Notes under the pieces: model-generated
Told to the model about the DNA's origin: nothing
The model's database searches: none
Seen by the model: the letters and a program-made list of their open reading frames with translations, nothing else
Assembly (NCBI GenBank): GCA_002342585.1
Contig: DDQG01000007.1
Coordinates: 11,120-75,119 of the forward strand
Origin: Prevotellaceae bacterium UBA2448
GTDB taxonomy: Bacteria; Bacteroidota; Bacteroidia; Bacteroidales; Bacteroidaceae
Direction: 5' to 3'
DNA: 64,000 nucleotides
Made by a program: the position numbers and the translations under genes
Shown here: positions 1 to 9,271 of the stretch, in pieces
Layout: every line of letters begins with the position of its first letter
Position numbering within the stretch: the stretch's first letter is position 1

Positions 1-283
1 CTTGGATAAAAGTCATCGTTTCGCGGATATTCTCCACATTACTATTACCCTCTGCTGACTGAGAAAGCATATTTACACGCCCCTCAGCTTCATTTATTTC
101 TTTAAAGCCCGATTGGATTTCATTCAAGGCTCCCATCATCTCATTTATAGCAAAATCTTTTTCGTTTACAAGATTTTGTAATGAATCAATCTCTGAATTA
201 GCTTCATTAGAATTTGACTTATTTCCATTACATGAAACAAGCAATGCGACACCTACAGTCGCAATGAATAAAATCTTCTTCAT
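1..283 (-). CDS. hypothetical lipoprotein, N-terminal 94 codons; the gene runs past the window start
   Basis: The reverse-strand ATG is at 283-281. Hand translation gives MKKILFIATVGVALLVSCNGNKSNSNEANSEIDSLQNLV..., a signal peptide plus lipobox Cys (LLVSC). The frame stays open to position 1. No family recognised. Confidence 0.55.
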   Translation of the reverse strand, partial: MKKILFIATVGVALLVSCNGNKSNSNEANSEIDSLQNLVNEKDFAINEMMGALNEIQSGFKEINEAEGRVNMLSQSAEGNSNVENIRETMTFIQ

Positions 284-289
284 ATTCTT

Positions 290-1033
290 TCAGTTTTTAT
301 ATTTATTTTTAGATTTTCCTTTTCCCATTATCATTTCTTCATCAGCACTTTCTTCCACCTTTGGTTTAGATAATGCTGGTCCCAATATGATTACAATCTC
401 GCCCAAAGGTTCATGCTGAGAAAAATAATCCACCACCTCACGCAAAGTACCACGTATATGCGATTCATGCACCTTGGAAATCTCCCTTGACACACACACC
501 AGACGGTCTTCACCATACACCTGTATAAACTGCTCAAGAGTTTTCAGTAATCGCCGTGGAGACTCATAAAACACAACAGAGCGATCTTCGTCCCTATATA
601 ATTTTAGACGTGTCTGACGTCCCTTCTTCTGTGGCAAGAAACCTTCGAAGATAAACTTATCGCATGGCAGTCCGCTACTAACCAAAGAAGGCACAAAAGC
701 AGTTGCGCCAGGCAGCGTCTGTACTTCCACACCATTCTTAACAGCTTCACGCACCAACAGGAATCCTGGGTCGCTAATACCAGGTGTGCCTGCATCACTT
801 ATAAGCGCTATAGTCGTACCCGCCTGCAATCTACCTACAAATTCATTAACACTCTCATGCTCATTATACTTATGATGAGACAAAACAGGTGTATGAATAT
901 CATAGTGGGAAAGTAAGACGCCAGATGTTCTAGTGTCTTCAGCGAGGATCAAATCAGCTTCTTTCAAAACACGAATTGCCCTCAATGTCATATCTTCCAT
1001 ATTCCCTACAGGCGTGGGTACAATGTATAACAT
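290..1033 (-). CDS. rsmI: 16S rRNA (cytidine1402-2'-O)-methyltransferase RsmI
   Basis: ORF 290-1144 trimmed to Met38 (ATG rc at 1033-1031). This gives MLYIVPTPVGNMEDMTLRAIRVLKEADLILAEDTR..., the canonical RsmI N-terminus, and the SDAGTPGISDPG motif is present. The upstream 37 codons are AT-rich promoter sequence. Confidence 0.85.
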   Translation of the reverse strand: MLYIVPTPVGNMEDMTLRAIRVLKEADLILAEDTRTSGVLLSHYDIHTPVLSHHKYNEHESVNEFVGRLQAGTTIALISDAGTPGISDPGFLLVREAVKNGVEVQTLPGATAFVPSLVSSGLPCDKFIFEGFLPQKKGRQTRLKLYRDEDRSVVFYESPRRLLKTLEQFIQVYGEDRLVCVSREISKVHESHIRGTLREVVDYFSQHEPLGEIVIILGPALSKPKVEESADEEMIMGKGKSKNKYKN

Positions 1034-1119
1034 GCGGCAAAGGTATAGCAATACAGACATATTACAAAGCAAAAATAATTTTTTAGCTTTATTTTTGATT
1101 ATTTTAAATTTAAAACATC

Positions 1120-1127
1120 TATTTTTG
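1120..1127 (+). promoter_or_regulatory. putative Bacteroidota -7 box (TAnnTTTG)
   Basis: TATTTTTG ends 17 nt before ATG 1144. A second copy lies at 1090-1097. The consensus is from Bacteroides promoter studies (-33 TTTG / -7 TAnnTTTG). Confidence 0.4.
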
Positions 1128-1143
1128 CAAAAAATATAACACA

Positions 1144-2247
1144 ATGAGAAACAAAGAAATCACATTTGACCGTTTCATTCGTATGATATTGGTAGCAGCA
1201 GTACTTGTTGTTGCTTACCTTTTACTGAAGAAACTCAGTAGCGTACTCATTCCATTTTTAGTAGCATGGCTCATTGCCTACCTGCTATATCCTATCGTAT
1301 GTTTCTTTCAATACAAATGCCATCTTAAAAACAGGATTCTCAGCATCATCGTCACACTTCTTGCAATTATAGGTGTGATAGCCGGTTCGCTCCATTTCAT
1401 CATTCCTCCGGTAACATCAGAAATAGCAAGACTAAAAGACTTGATAATCAATTTCTACCACACTGACAGCACCGTCAACCTTCTTATTTTCGAAATACAA
1501 CAATACGCCAAAAACACTATAGACATCAACAAGATAGTCCAGGCGCTGAGCATAAGTGACATCTCTGCCTTTGTAAAACAAGGTATCACCCCTTTATTGG
1601 CATTCATGTATAGTTCCGTATCTGCACTAATCGGTTTTATTGCATCACTTATTGCAATACTCTACATGTTCTTTATTCTGATGGACTACGAAAAACTAAG
1701 TCAAGGTGTGATTAAAATGATTCCTCAAGGGCAACGCAGTATAGTTTCTAATATAATTAAAGATGTGGAAAGTGGAATGTCAAGCTATTTTCGTGGTCAA
1801 AGTTTGGTAGCACTATGCGTAGGCATCCTATTTTCCATCGGTTTTTTAATCATCGACTTCCCACTTGCCATTCCATTAGGTTTATTCATTGGCTTTCTGA
1901 ACCTTATCCCATACATGCAAACCCTTGGATTCATTCCAACTTTGATACTTTCTCTGCTGAAAGCACACGATACTGGAGACAGTTTTTGGATGATATTCTT
2001 GAGCGCCTGCATAGTCTTCGCTATCGTTCAAACAATTCAAGATACGATTATTGTTCCTAAGATAATGGGACATGTCACAGGATTGAATGCCGCTGTCATT
2101 CTTCTAAGTTTATCCGTTTGGGGCTCACTTCTTGGTTTAGTGGGACTTATCATAGCACTACCACTTACCACAATCCTTATTTCATATTATAAACGTTACA
2201 TATTGGATAAGGAGGAAAAACAGAATACTGAACAACGACATTTTTGA
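1144..2247 (+). CDS. AI-2E (PerM/UPF0118) family transporter
   Basis: 367 aa and very hydrophobic, with about 8 TM segments. The ...GFLNLIPYMQTLG... and ...IVPKIMGHVTGLN... stretches are typical of the family. Confidence 0.7.
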   Translation: MRNKEITFDRFIRMILVAAVLVVAYLLLKKLSSVLIPFLVAWLIAYLLYPIVCFFQYKCHLKNRILSIIVTLLAIIGVIAGSLHFIIPPVTSEIARLKDLIINFYHTDSTVNLLIFEIQQYAKNTIDINKIVQALSISDISAFVKQGITPLLAFMYSSVSALIGFIASLIAILYMFFILMDYEKLSQGVIKMIPQGQRSIVSNIIKDVESGMSSYFRGQSLVALCVGILFSIGFLIIDFPLAIPLGLFIGFLNLIPYMQTLGFIPTLILSLLKAHDTGDSFWMIFLSACIVFAIVQTIQDTIIVPKIMGHVTGLNAAVILLSLSVWGSLLGLVGLIIALPLTTILISYYKRYILDKEEKQNTEQRHF

Positions 2248-2340
2248 AATTAAATATCCGAAAAGGTGTCTAACAGAGAAAAAAAATATGTTATCCAACA
2301 TTTTTTTATATTCGCAGACACATATTAATTTAAAACAGTG

Positions 2341-2348
2341 TATCTTTG
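2341..2348 (+). promoter_or_regulatory. putative -7 box (TAnnTTTG)
   Basis: TATCTTTG (context tatctttgcaac) ends 102 nt before ATG 2450. Confidence 0.4.
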
Positions 2349-2449
2349 CAACAGTTTTGAAAGCCCTAACATTCAATTACCGATCAAAAAAATAGCATAA
2401 ATAAATGTATAGAAAATCAATTATTATCAAACACATAAACTTATTACAC

Positions 2450-4951
2450 ATGAAGAAATTATTTTTATTCGGAACACTTGCAGTATTTATGGCTGCATGT
2501 TCAAGCAATGATGATCTTCAGGGCAACGAGTCCTATCAGCCAAATCTGACATCTTCATCTGACTATGCATTCGTAAAGGGTGATAGCCGTATTGTCATTG
2601 GCGGTGGTGAAACAAAAAGCACTCGTGGTGCTTGGGTAACAACTCCTCAGCCAGAGATTCCTGCTGATGCTAAGAAACTCGAAGTTGGTAGTTGGGGAGG
2701 TTTCTATGTTTACGAAGGTAACGAATGGTGGAACAACGGCGGTACACTTGACGCAAATGTAACTGAATACTACGTTCCTGCAGGTGAATCTGTTCATGCT
2801 ACCAATGCACAGTTTAACACTCTTTCAAGCCTTACTCTTTATGTAGCCGGAGACTTGATTATTGACTACTTCGACAACTATCCATCTAAAGTAACTATCA
2901 ACATTCTCAACGGTGGTTCATTCAACACCAACCTCAGCAATGGTGGAACTGTCTCAAATGATATCACAAAGTGGGAAACTGGTATGTTCCAGATTCCTGC
3001 AGGTTGGACAATCAACGTTTGGGGTAAGTTCGACACAGGTTACTATCCAAACATCTCTGTAACTCCAGGTGCTACATTGAATTACTTCGAAGGAGCAGAA
3101 GATGTTGTATTCGGTACTGAGCAAACCGAAAACTACGAGCTCTGGAAAAACGATGCAAACCCTGTACTTTCTGTATCTGGCACATTCTACTCAGAAGTTC
3201 CTGTTCGCGTTAAGGGTAATGCTAACTTTACTGGCGGTACTTCTACATTCTATGCAGGTGTTCACATCGACAAGAATGTTACCGTCAAAAATGACCCAAG
3301 TGTTCCAGTAGTTAACATCTATGAGTGTTCTTACATTGATGGTCAGTTCTCAATGACTTCAAATTCAGAGAAAGCAACATTCAACATTTATGACTATCTG
3401 TATTGCGGTTCTATGCATTGCAACAGTGCAGCAGTATATATCAACCTGTACGATGCACTTCTCGATGTTGACAATAACTTCTCAACTGTATCAAACGACT
3501 TCTACAAGAACAACCTCCTTGTTGACAAAGGCGCTGGCATCCAAATTAAGGGTGACACTGAAGGTACTTACGCAAGCATAGTACGTTTCCTCAACAACGA
3601 CCTGCACATTGACAAGGGCAACAACTATGATGTAGTAGAGGGAACAGGAGTTCCAACATCATTCTACGTGGAAAACACATTCTCTGGTAACCTCGTAGTT
3701 CTTTCTAAGAAAGTAACCATCGAATATCCAAAGATTGCAGGTCAGGATGATGCTACAGAAGTTATTACTTTCAAGGATGGCAATGTAGCTCTCAACGCAG
3801 AAAACGCATACCTCCCAGGTAAGGGTGAATGCCGTCCACAGATTGGTGAGGTTCCAGTAACTGTTATTCCTCCAGTGCACAAGTATTCTGCAACAGCTCT
3901 CGATTTCGGTCCTAACGGAGAACTCTACCTCTGCTGGCACTCAAATATCGGTAACGGAGAAGGTGGAAATGGTACAAACATGTACGTAACTAACGAAGAT
4001 GGTTCAAGTGTTTCTGTTGACGGAATCAATGACTGGGGTGGTATCATCGACGTTATCAACACTAACAACTATGGTGATCCTCAGACTTACCTCTTCGATC
4101 AGACTCTCATTCAGAATGAGCACAAGTACAACCACGTAGTTTACTACAGCGGAAAACTTTACCTCGCTGGTACAAGCAACAAGGTAGGTGCAGCTCTTCA
4201 CGAGATCGAACTGAACGCAGACGGAACTATCAACGAATCTGAATTCGCTGAAAAGAATATCCGTGTTAACCTGACTGGTTCTTCTGCAAATAGCAGCATT
4301 ATCAACAATGGCGAAATCATCACAATCTCAGGTTTCAACAATGGTGGTATCAACAAGTTTGCTCTAGACGATTACAGCAATCAGGAACAGAAGTCTATCT
4401 ATAGCAGTACTGAATATACCGGTAAATACCTCTACAACGACGGTACATATATCATCGGTCTTAACGATGTGAACAATGGTACTGTTACACTCTACGACCA
4501 GAACATGAACTATGTTAAGTCGTTCAACGTAGGTTCTCTCTTCCCAACTGACGGTAAGAACGTAGTTGTAGGTGATGGTTCTAAGATTTACGTTTGCCGT
4601 GGCAACAATGGTTTCGAAGTATATGACTACAATGGACAGCGCGTAGGTGGTTCTAAGAAGTCTGCTAACGGTGTAGATGTTGACGACAAGTACATCTATG
4701 TAGCAACAGGTCTTGGTCTTGTTGTTCTCGACAAGAATGAAACTTACACTGACGGTGAGGTTACATACAATAAGACTGTTAAGCGTTTCACATACACAGG
4801 TACAGGTAACTCCCGTTACAACGGCATCATCACAACAGATGCTTCTAAGCAGTCAGCTAACTTCGTTAAGGTTCGCAACGGAAAGGCATACGTAGCATAC
4901 GGTATGTATGGTCTGCAGATCTACGACGTTTCTAACCTCGCAAACAATTAA
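2450..4951 (+). CDS. large surface lipoprotein with a beta-rich N-terminal half and a C-terminal LVIVD-type beta-propeller
   Basis: ORF 2405-4951 trimmed to Met16, giving MKKLFLFGTLAVFMAACSSND (lipobox). The C-terminal half has LVIVD-like blades (GLGLVVLD, YGLQIYDVS, KIYVCRGNNGFEVYD). Confidence 0.6.
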   Translation: MKKLFLFGTLAVFMAACSSNDDLQGNESYQPNLTSSSDYAFVKGDSRIVIGGGETKSTRGAWVTTPQPEIPADAKKLEVGSWGGFYVYEGNEWWNNGGTLDANVTEYYVPAGESVHATNAQFNTLSSLTLYVAGDLIIDYFDNYPSKVTINILNGGSFNTNLSNGGTVSNDITKWETGMFQIPAGWTINVWGKFDTGYYPNISVTPGATLNYFEGAEDVVFGTEQTENYELWKNDANPVLSVSGTFYSEVPVRVKGNANFTGGTSTFYAGVHIDKNVTVKNDPSVPVVNIYECSYIDGQFSMTSNSEKATFNIYDYLYCGSMHCNSAAVYINLYDALLDVDNNFSTVSNDFYKNNLLVDKGAGIQIKGDTEGTYASIVRFLNNDLHIDKGNNYDVVEGTGVPTSFYVENTFSGNLVVLSKKVTIEYPKIAGQDDATEVITFKDGNVALNAENAYLPGKGECRPQIGEVPVTVIPPVHKYSATALDFGPNGELYLCWHSNIGNGEGGNGTNMYVTNEDGSSVSVDGINDWGGIIDVINTNNYGDPQTYLFDQTLIQNEHKYNHVVYYSGKLYLAGTSNKVGAALHEIELNADGTINESEFAEKNIRVNLTGSSANSSIINNGEIITISGFNNGGINKFALDDYSNQEQKSIYSSTEYTGKYLYNDGTYIIGLNDVNNGTVTLYDQNMNYVKSFNVGSLFPTDGKNVVVGDGSKIYVCRGNNGFEVYDYNGQRVGGSKKSANGVDVDDKYIYVATGLGLVVLDKNETYTDGEVTYNKTVKRFTYTGTGNSRYNGIITTDASKQSANFVKVRNGKAYVAYGMYGLQIYDVSNLANN

Positions 4952-4968
4952 TCAAACCAATTCATAAC

Positions 4969-5008
4969 TATGGGAATGTCACAACAATGGCATTCCCATA
5001 ATTTTCTT
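4969..5008 (+). terminator. rho-independent terminator hairpin
   Basis: tatgggaatg (4969-4978) pairs perfectly with cattcccata (4991-5000). It is followed by attttcttt. Confidence 0.6.
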
Positions 5009-5019
5009 TATATTCTATC

Positions 5020-6411
5020 TTGGATACTTTAGAAAAATATATCGCATTAACTTTCACACTCTTTTTCCTCCTTACATTTGGAGCCTTCGCGAAGACTGAC
5101 ACAATAAATGTGCCAGTCAAAATGCTTGTATATGAGAATCTGAAAAACGAGGATGTTTTGAAACAGTTTGAGAAGCGTTTCGAGGAGATGGACAAATTGT
5201 TACGAAACAAGATAAGAGTGGAGGGACCAAACCTCACATTTGGTGATGACGCACTGACTCCGAACACAACGATTGACTCGCTTTACAAAGCAAAAGAAAT
5301 TTGGGAGACCAAATCGTTTAAGCGAAGAACAGGACTGGAAATAACAGGACAAGCATATGGTCGCTTAGACAAAGCTACACAAATCTCTCACGACGACGAC
5401 GACCCTTACTCCTCCTATTTTGCAAAGTTTAATGCAGAATTAGGATGGAACTTCTTTAATAGTGCATTCTATCAAAGGAAAGCAGGGCTTGCTAAGATAA
5501 AATATGCTAATGAGTTAGAGCATATCAAAACAAGCAAAGACAAGAACAAGGCAATATATGAAGCAGCAGAAAATCTGCTTACAATGGAATACAACTATTA
5601 TATAGCTATTGTGCTATATCACGAACTGCAGAATATTGACATTCTGAATCAGGCATATCAATATATGCTTGAACAAGATAAGGTAAGCAATGAAGACTTG
5701 CTTGACAATATAAATAATAAGATGCAGCTCGAATACGAACTTGCACAGACCTACGATTTAAAGGACATAGAGAATGAACCTCTTTACGTTCTGAATCCAT
5801 CTATAGTTACTATTGATTCTGTCAGGCTTTTTGAAGAAATCGAAAAATATAATCCTGATTTAAGAGCAAGCTACGTAGAAGAACAACTACTCGATACAGA
5901 ACGCAAACTCACGAATTACGGCCACAACATGAGACTAACACCGTTTTTTCGTGCGTCAACGTATTTGCGTCGCAACTTATCACCATCTACAAATCTTGAC
6001 TTAGGTGTAAGATTCACATTTCCATTATATGACGAATCAGCGCCCAAACGCAGAGCTATTGAAACTCAAAAGTGGATTTTAGTTGAAAACAGGGATAAGT
6101 TAAGCGAACAGATGAAATCGTTTTGCAGTTTAATGCTTGACCGTGTAGAACGACTAAACAGAGCCATCAAGACAGAAGCATACCATATTGAACAACTTGG
6201 AAAATACATAGATATTCGTAAAAACGCATATCTCAAACAACCTAAAGGATACAACTTTATTCTCCGACTAGAAGAATACAATGAATACCTCAAGAGTATG
6301 GAACGTATGTACAAGTTGATGCTCAACCGCACACTCACACTTTTGGAAATACAAAAGACTACGAATTTCAACAATTTACAATCTCTTATTATTGAAACGC
6401 CTGTCAAATGA
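5020..6411 (+). CDS. TolC-like outer-membrane efflux/duct protein
   Basis: 463 aa with a TTG start, which is needed to include the signal peptide ALTFTLFFLLTFGAFA|KTD. It has two helix-rich repeats, each ending in beta-strand motifs (AELGWNFFNSAFY; LGVRFTFPLYDES) like the TolC/OEP family. The stop overlaps the next start (ATGA). Confidence 0.6.
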   Translation: MDTLEKYIALTFTLFFLLTFGAFAKTDTINVPVKMLVYENLKNEDVLKQFEKRFEEMDKLLRNKIRVEGPNLTFGDDALTPNTTIDSLYKAKEIWETKSFKRRTGLEITGQAYGRLDKATQISHDDDDPYSSYFAKFNAELGWNFFNSAFYQRKAGLAKIKYANELEHIKTSKDKNKAIYEAAENLLTMEYNYYIAIVLYHELQNIDILNQAYQYMLEQDKVSNEDLLDNINNKMQLEYELAQTYDLKDIENEPLYVLNPSIVTIDSVRLFEEIEKYNPDLRASYVEEQLLDTERKLTNYGHNMRLTPFFRASTYLRRNLSPSTNLDLGVRFTFPLYDESAPKRRAIETQKWILVENRDKLSEQMKSFCSLMLDRVERLNRAIKTEAYHIEQLGKYIDIRKNAYLKQPKGYNFILRLEEYNEYLKSMERMYKLMLNRTLTLLEIQKTTNFNNLQSLIIETPVK

Positions 6412-7637
6412 ACAACTTCAGTTATAATTCACAACCACAGGAACAAGATATAAATGACCTTCTGAATTATCAGAATAAGAAACTTGCCAAGCAACAGAAT
6501 GTTTACGCAATAGTATTCACTATTATTTTGATTCTGTTGTTAATATTCGCATATAGACGAGTTTTCTACACATATTATGATGGATATGTCAATTTGGAGC
6601 AAAATAACTTACGTGCTATTGACGACTTATATATTCTAGACATATATAAAAACGTTGGAGATGTAGTACAACCAGGTGATACTTTATACTCATATATCCT
6701 TTTGGAAAACCTGCTTGGACAATTCAATGTTAATACTGTTCCATCAATTATACTTGACCACGCAAACATGAAGCTTCGCGCTGCTTTAGCAAAGCAAGAA
6801 TTGCCTGTTATCCAAACCAAGATTAACGAAATACAGAAGCAATTGAAAAGCGAACAGAACGACATTTTTTATGGTCTTACAGATAACACTAAGCGTATGG
6901 CATTAGAAGCTGAACTGAACGAATACAGAGAAAAGTTATCGGAATTACGCAACAAGATACAAATCTATGAGAGCATGGCAGGTAACTCATCACGTTACAT
7001 CGTAAATTCTGGTTATGGACACAATCGCCTACCATATTCTCCAGGAAGTTTATATTACGAAAATGGTGTGATTCAATATTGTTGTGCACCAGAAGAAGCC
7101 ATTGTAACAGATATTAAAGTAGCCAAAAACACAGTTGTCTTCGAAAAGGAAAACATTATTGACCTTCAGCATACAGACTACAAAGGTTCTCACATCGGAG
7201 TAATGGCATACATTCCTGCACATCAAGTAAAATATATTAACAACCAGAAACAAGTCGATGTAATTGTCAATGATGACATAATCCTTCATGCTCATATGTC
7301 ATTACTAGGACTACGTGTAGAAGACATTCCTAAGCACTTACTCAGTAACTTTAGTCATGACATTGACGCTGTTATAGCTTATTTCCTCTTCGACAAGGAC
7401 CAATACGTACCATTTTGGGTACTCAACAATCACTTACCAGTACGAGTACGTGTTCGCAACGATGTATTCCACGAGGCATTCTATAACTCCTTTGGCGGTA
7501 TTTTCAATGGACTTTTCTCAGAACCCGACTCTTTGAAATATAGCCCACGCCGTATATTTGAGATAAAGGAAGATCAGAAATTCGTCCCTGTTGACACAAC
7601 AACATTCCGTGAACTTACTAAAGACCACAATTTCTAA
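6408..7637 (+). CDS. HlyD-family periplasmic adaptor (membrane fusion protein)
   Basis: 409 aa with a single N-terminal TM helix (VYAIVFTIILILLLIFAY). It has a lipoyl-like motif (GDVVQPGDTLYSY), a long coiled coil (KQELPVIQTKINEIQKQLKSEQ...ELNEYREKLSELRNKIQIYE), and a C-terminal beta domain. Confidence 0.7.
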   Translation: MNNFSYNSQPQEQDINDLLNYQNKKLAKQQNVYAIVFTIILILLLIFAYRRVFYTYYDGYVNLEQNNLRAIDDLYILDIYKNVGDVVQPGDTLYSYILLENLLGQFNVNTVPSIILDHANMKLRAALAKQELPVIQTKINEIQKQLKSEQNDIFYGLTDNTKRMALEAELNEYREKLSELRNKIQIYESMAGNSSRYIVNSGYGHNRLPYSPGSLYYENGVIQYCCAPEEAIVTDIKVAKNTVVFEKENIIDLQHTDYKGSHIGVMAYIPAHQVKYINNQKQVDVIVNDDIILHAHMSLLGLRVEDIPKHLLSNFSHDIDAVIAYFLFDKDQYVPFWVLNNHLPVRVRVRNDVFHEAFYNSFGGIFNGLFSEPDSLKYSPRRIFEIKEDQKFVPVDTTTFRELTKDHNF

Positions 7638-7639
7638 TC

Positions 7640-9271
7640 ATGATAACAATACAAAATAACAATAACGAACGTCGAATACTGCTATTGGACAGTCAGTTTA
7701 ATCTTGAAGAATCACCTGACTTTCCAGAATACCTGTTTGATGCAATTTTTATATACAACGATTCTGTAGAACAGACTCAAAATATACTAAATGACATCAA
7801 CCCTATAACATCACAAAAATGTTGTTACAAACCTCTTTTCGTAGCACGTTCATTAGAAGGAAAAATGGGAGACTACGCCTCAGTCATTGACGGATACATC
7901 GATGACTGGAACGACAAGGACGCTTTGAATAAAGTCGAGGATATCATCAACAGGCGAAACGAACTGGGACTAAACGCCCCAGAGGAGAAGATTCTCTCAT
8001 CCAACCAGTTGTTCGTACGTCTGACGCGTTTCCTCATCATACGCAACAACCTGATAATGCATCCGGTATTGGAGAACGGCTCTTCTTCAGGATACGTCAT
8101 ACCGATATATAATCTGTTCTATAAACTGGGATGGTACAAATTGAGCGAGAGTTTCGTCTTCGTACAGTCTATGATTGAAAAGGGATATTTCCGCACGACC
8201 CAATTCCTCAACCGTATTTACCTGTGTCCCAAATGCCAGCATTCTCACCTTCTCTATATAGAGAGTTGTCCGAAGTGCAACAATTCGATGATTCACAGCG
8301 AAGAGGTTATCCACCACTTCCGCTGCGCCAACATCACTCCGGAACATACTTACAACTTTGGCGGACAGCTCAGATGTCCAAAATGTCACCAGATGCTTCA
8401 CCACATAGGTGTGGACTACGACCGTCCTGCAACAGTATTCACATGCGATGTGTGCAACAACTCATTCCTGCAGGCAAAGATGCAGGCTCTGTGTTCTAAC
8501 TGCCAATCAGTGTCTGACGTAAAATCACTCGTTCCTATTAATGTTTACGTTTACGAGATTACGAAAGAGGGTATCTATGCAATCACATCTCTCAACATAG
8601 GCTTCTCTATTTACACTGAGTTCCATGACAACTTCCTTGAATTTAACCGGTTTGTCAATCGAATTCGCCTGTTGGCAGAACAGAAATTCTCAGGTCGGAT
8701 ACTCGGAGACGTACTTGTCGGTAAGATTTGGATTATCGACTCCACATCCGCAACGGTGAGAAACCGCGCCGAACTGCTTGCACAGGTATGCCAATACTTC
8801 CCTAATAACAAGGTGTCAGCAGCTAATAACATCACATACATCAATGCTATTGCTACAGACTATAAAGGCGATCAGGAACAGGCAGTACTCGACTTCCAGA
8901 TAATGCTATCGGAAGCCATCCGTGCCGCGGCATACGTACTGCGCCCCGGGGAAAAGATCTGTTACACATACATGAAACTGGAAGGAAACGGTTCAAATAT
9001 CGACGATTTCCTGAATGACCTCAACTTTGTGGCTACTAACCCTGACGACAGCGTTGACTACGATCCCAATGCCATCAATCCGAATGCAGATAGAAACGTG
9101 GATTCTCCATTGCTTAATGACGATGGAACAGTAGAAACAACACTAGAAGTAACCCCACAAACCGATGTTGCAGAGACACCTGAAAATACAGAAGATATTC
9201 AAGTACCCGAAAATACAAACCTCTTCACCAAGTTAAAAGACTCTATATGTCGTATATTTTCGATTCATTAG
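7640..9271 (+). CDS. cytoplasmic multi-zinc-ribbon protein of unknown function, possibly TackOD1-like
   Basis: 543 aa with no TM segment. Five CxxC pairs lie within about 95 aa: CPKC-x11-CPKC, CPKC, CDVC-x12-CSNC. An N-terminal module of about 120 aa is receiver-like but degenerate (RILLLDSQ...). The C-terminal tail is acidic and P/N/T-rich. The gene overlaps the GT2 gene by 25 nt. Confidence 0.5.
   Translation: MITIQNNNNERRILLLDSQFNLEESPDFPEYLFDAIFIYNDSVEQTQNILNDINPITSQKCCYKPLFVARSLEGKMGDYASVIDGYIDDWNDKDALNKVEDIINRRNELGLNAPEEKILSSNQLFVRLTRFLIIRNNLIMHPVLENGSSSGYVIPIYNLFYKLGWYKLSESFVFVQSMIEKGYFRTTQFLNRIYLCPKCQHSHLLYIESCPKCNNSMIHSEEVIHHFRCANITPEHTYNFGGQLRCPKCHQMLHHIGVDYDRPATVFTCDVCNNSFLQAKMQALCSNCQSVSDVKSLVPINVYVYEITKEGIYAITSLNIGFSIYTEFHDNFLEFNRFVNRIRLLAEQKFSGRILGDVLVGKIWIIDSTSATVRNRAELLAQVCQYFPNNKVSAANNITYINAIATDYKGDQEQAVLDFQIMLSEAIRAAAYVLRPGEKICYTYMKLEGNGSNIDDFLNDLNFVATNPDDSVDYDPNAINPNADRNVDSPLLNDDGTVETTLEVTPQTDVAETPENTEDIQVPENTNLFTKLKDSICRIFSIH

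Noticed and set aside
1034-1144. Extension of the rsmI ORF to 284 aa.
   Set aside because: The extra residues (MCYIFCKNRCFKFKIIKNK...) are translated from the AT-rich divergent promoter region. The conserved RsmI N-terminus starts at Met38.
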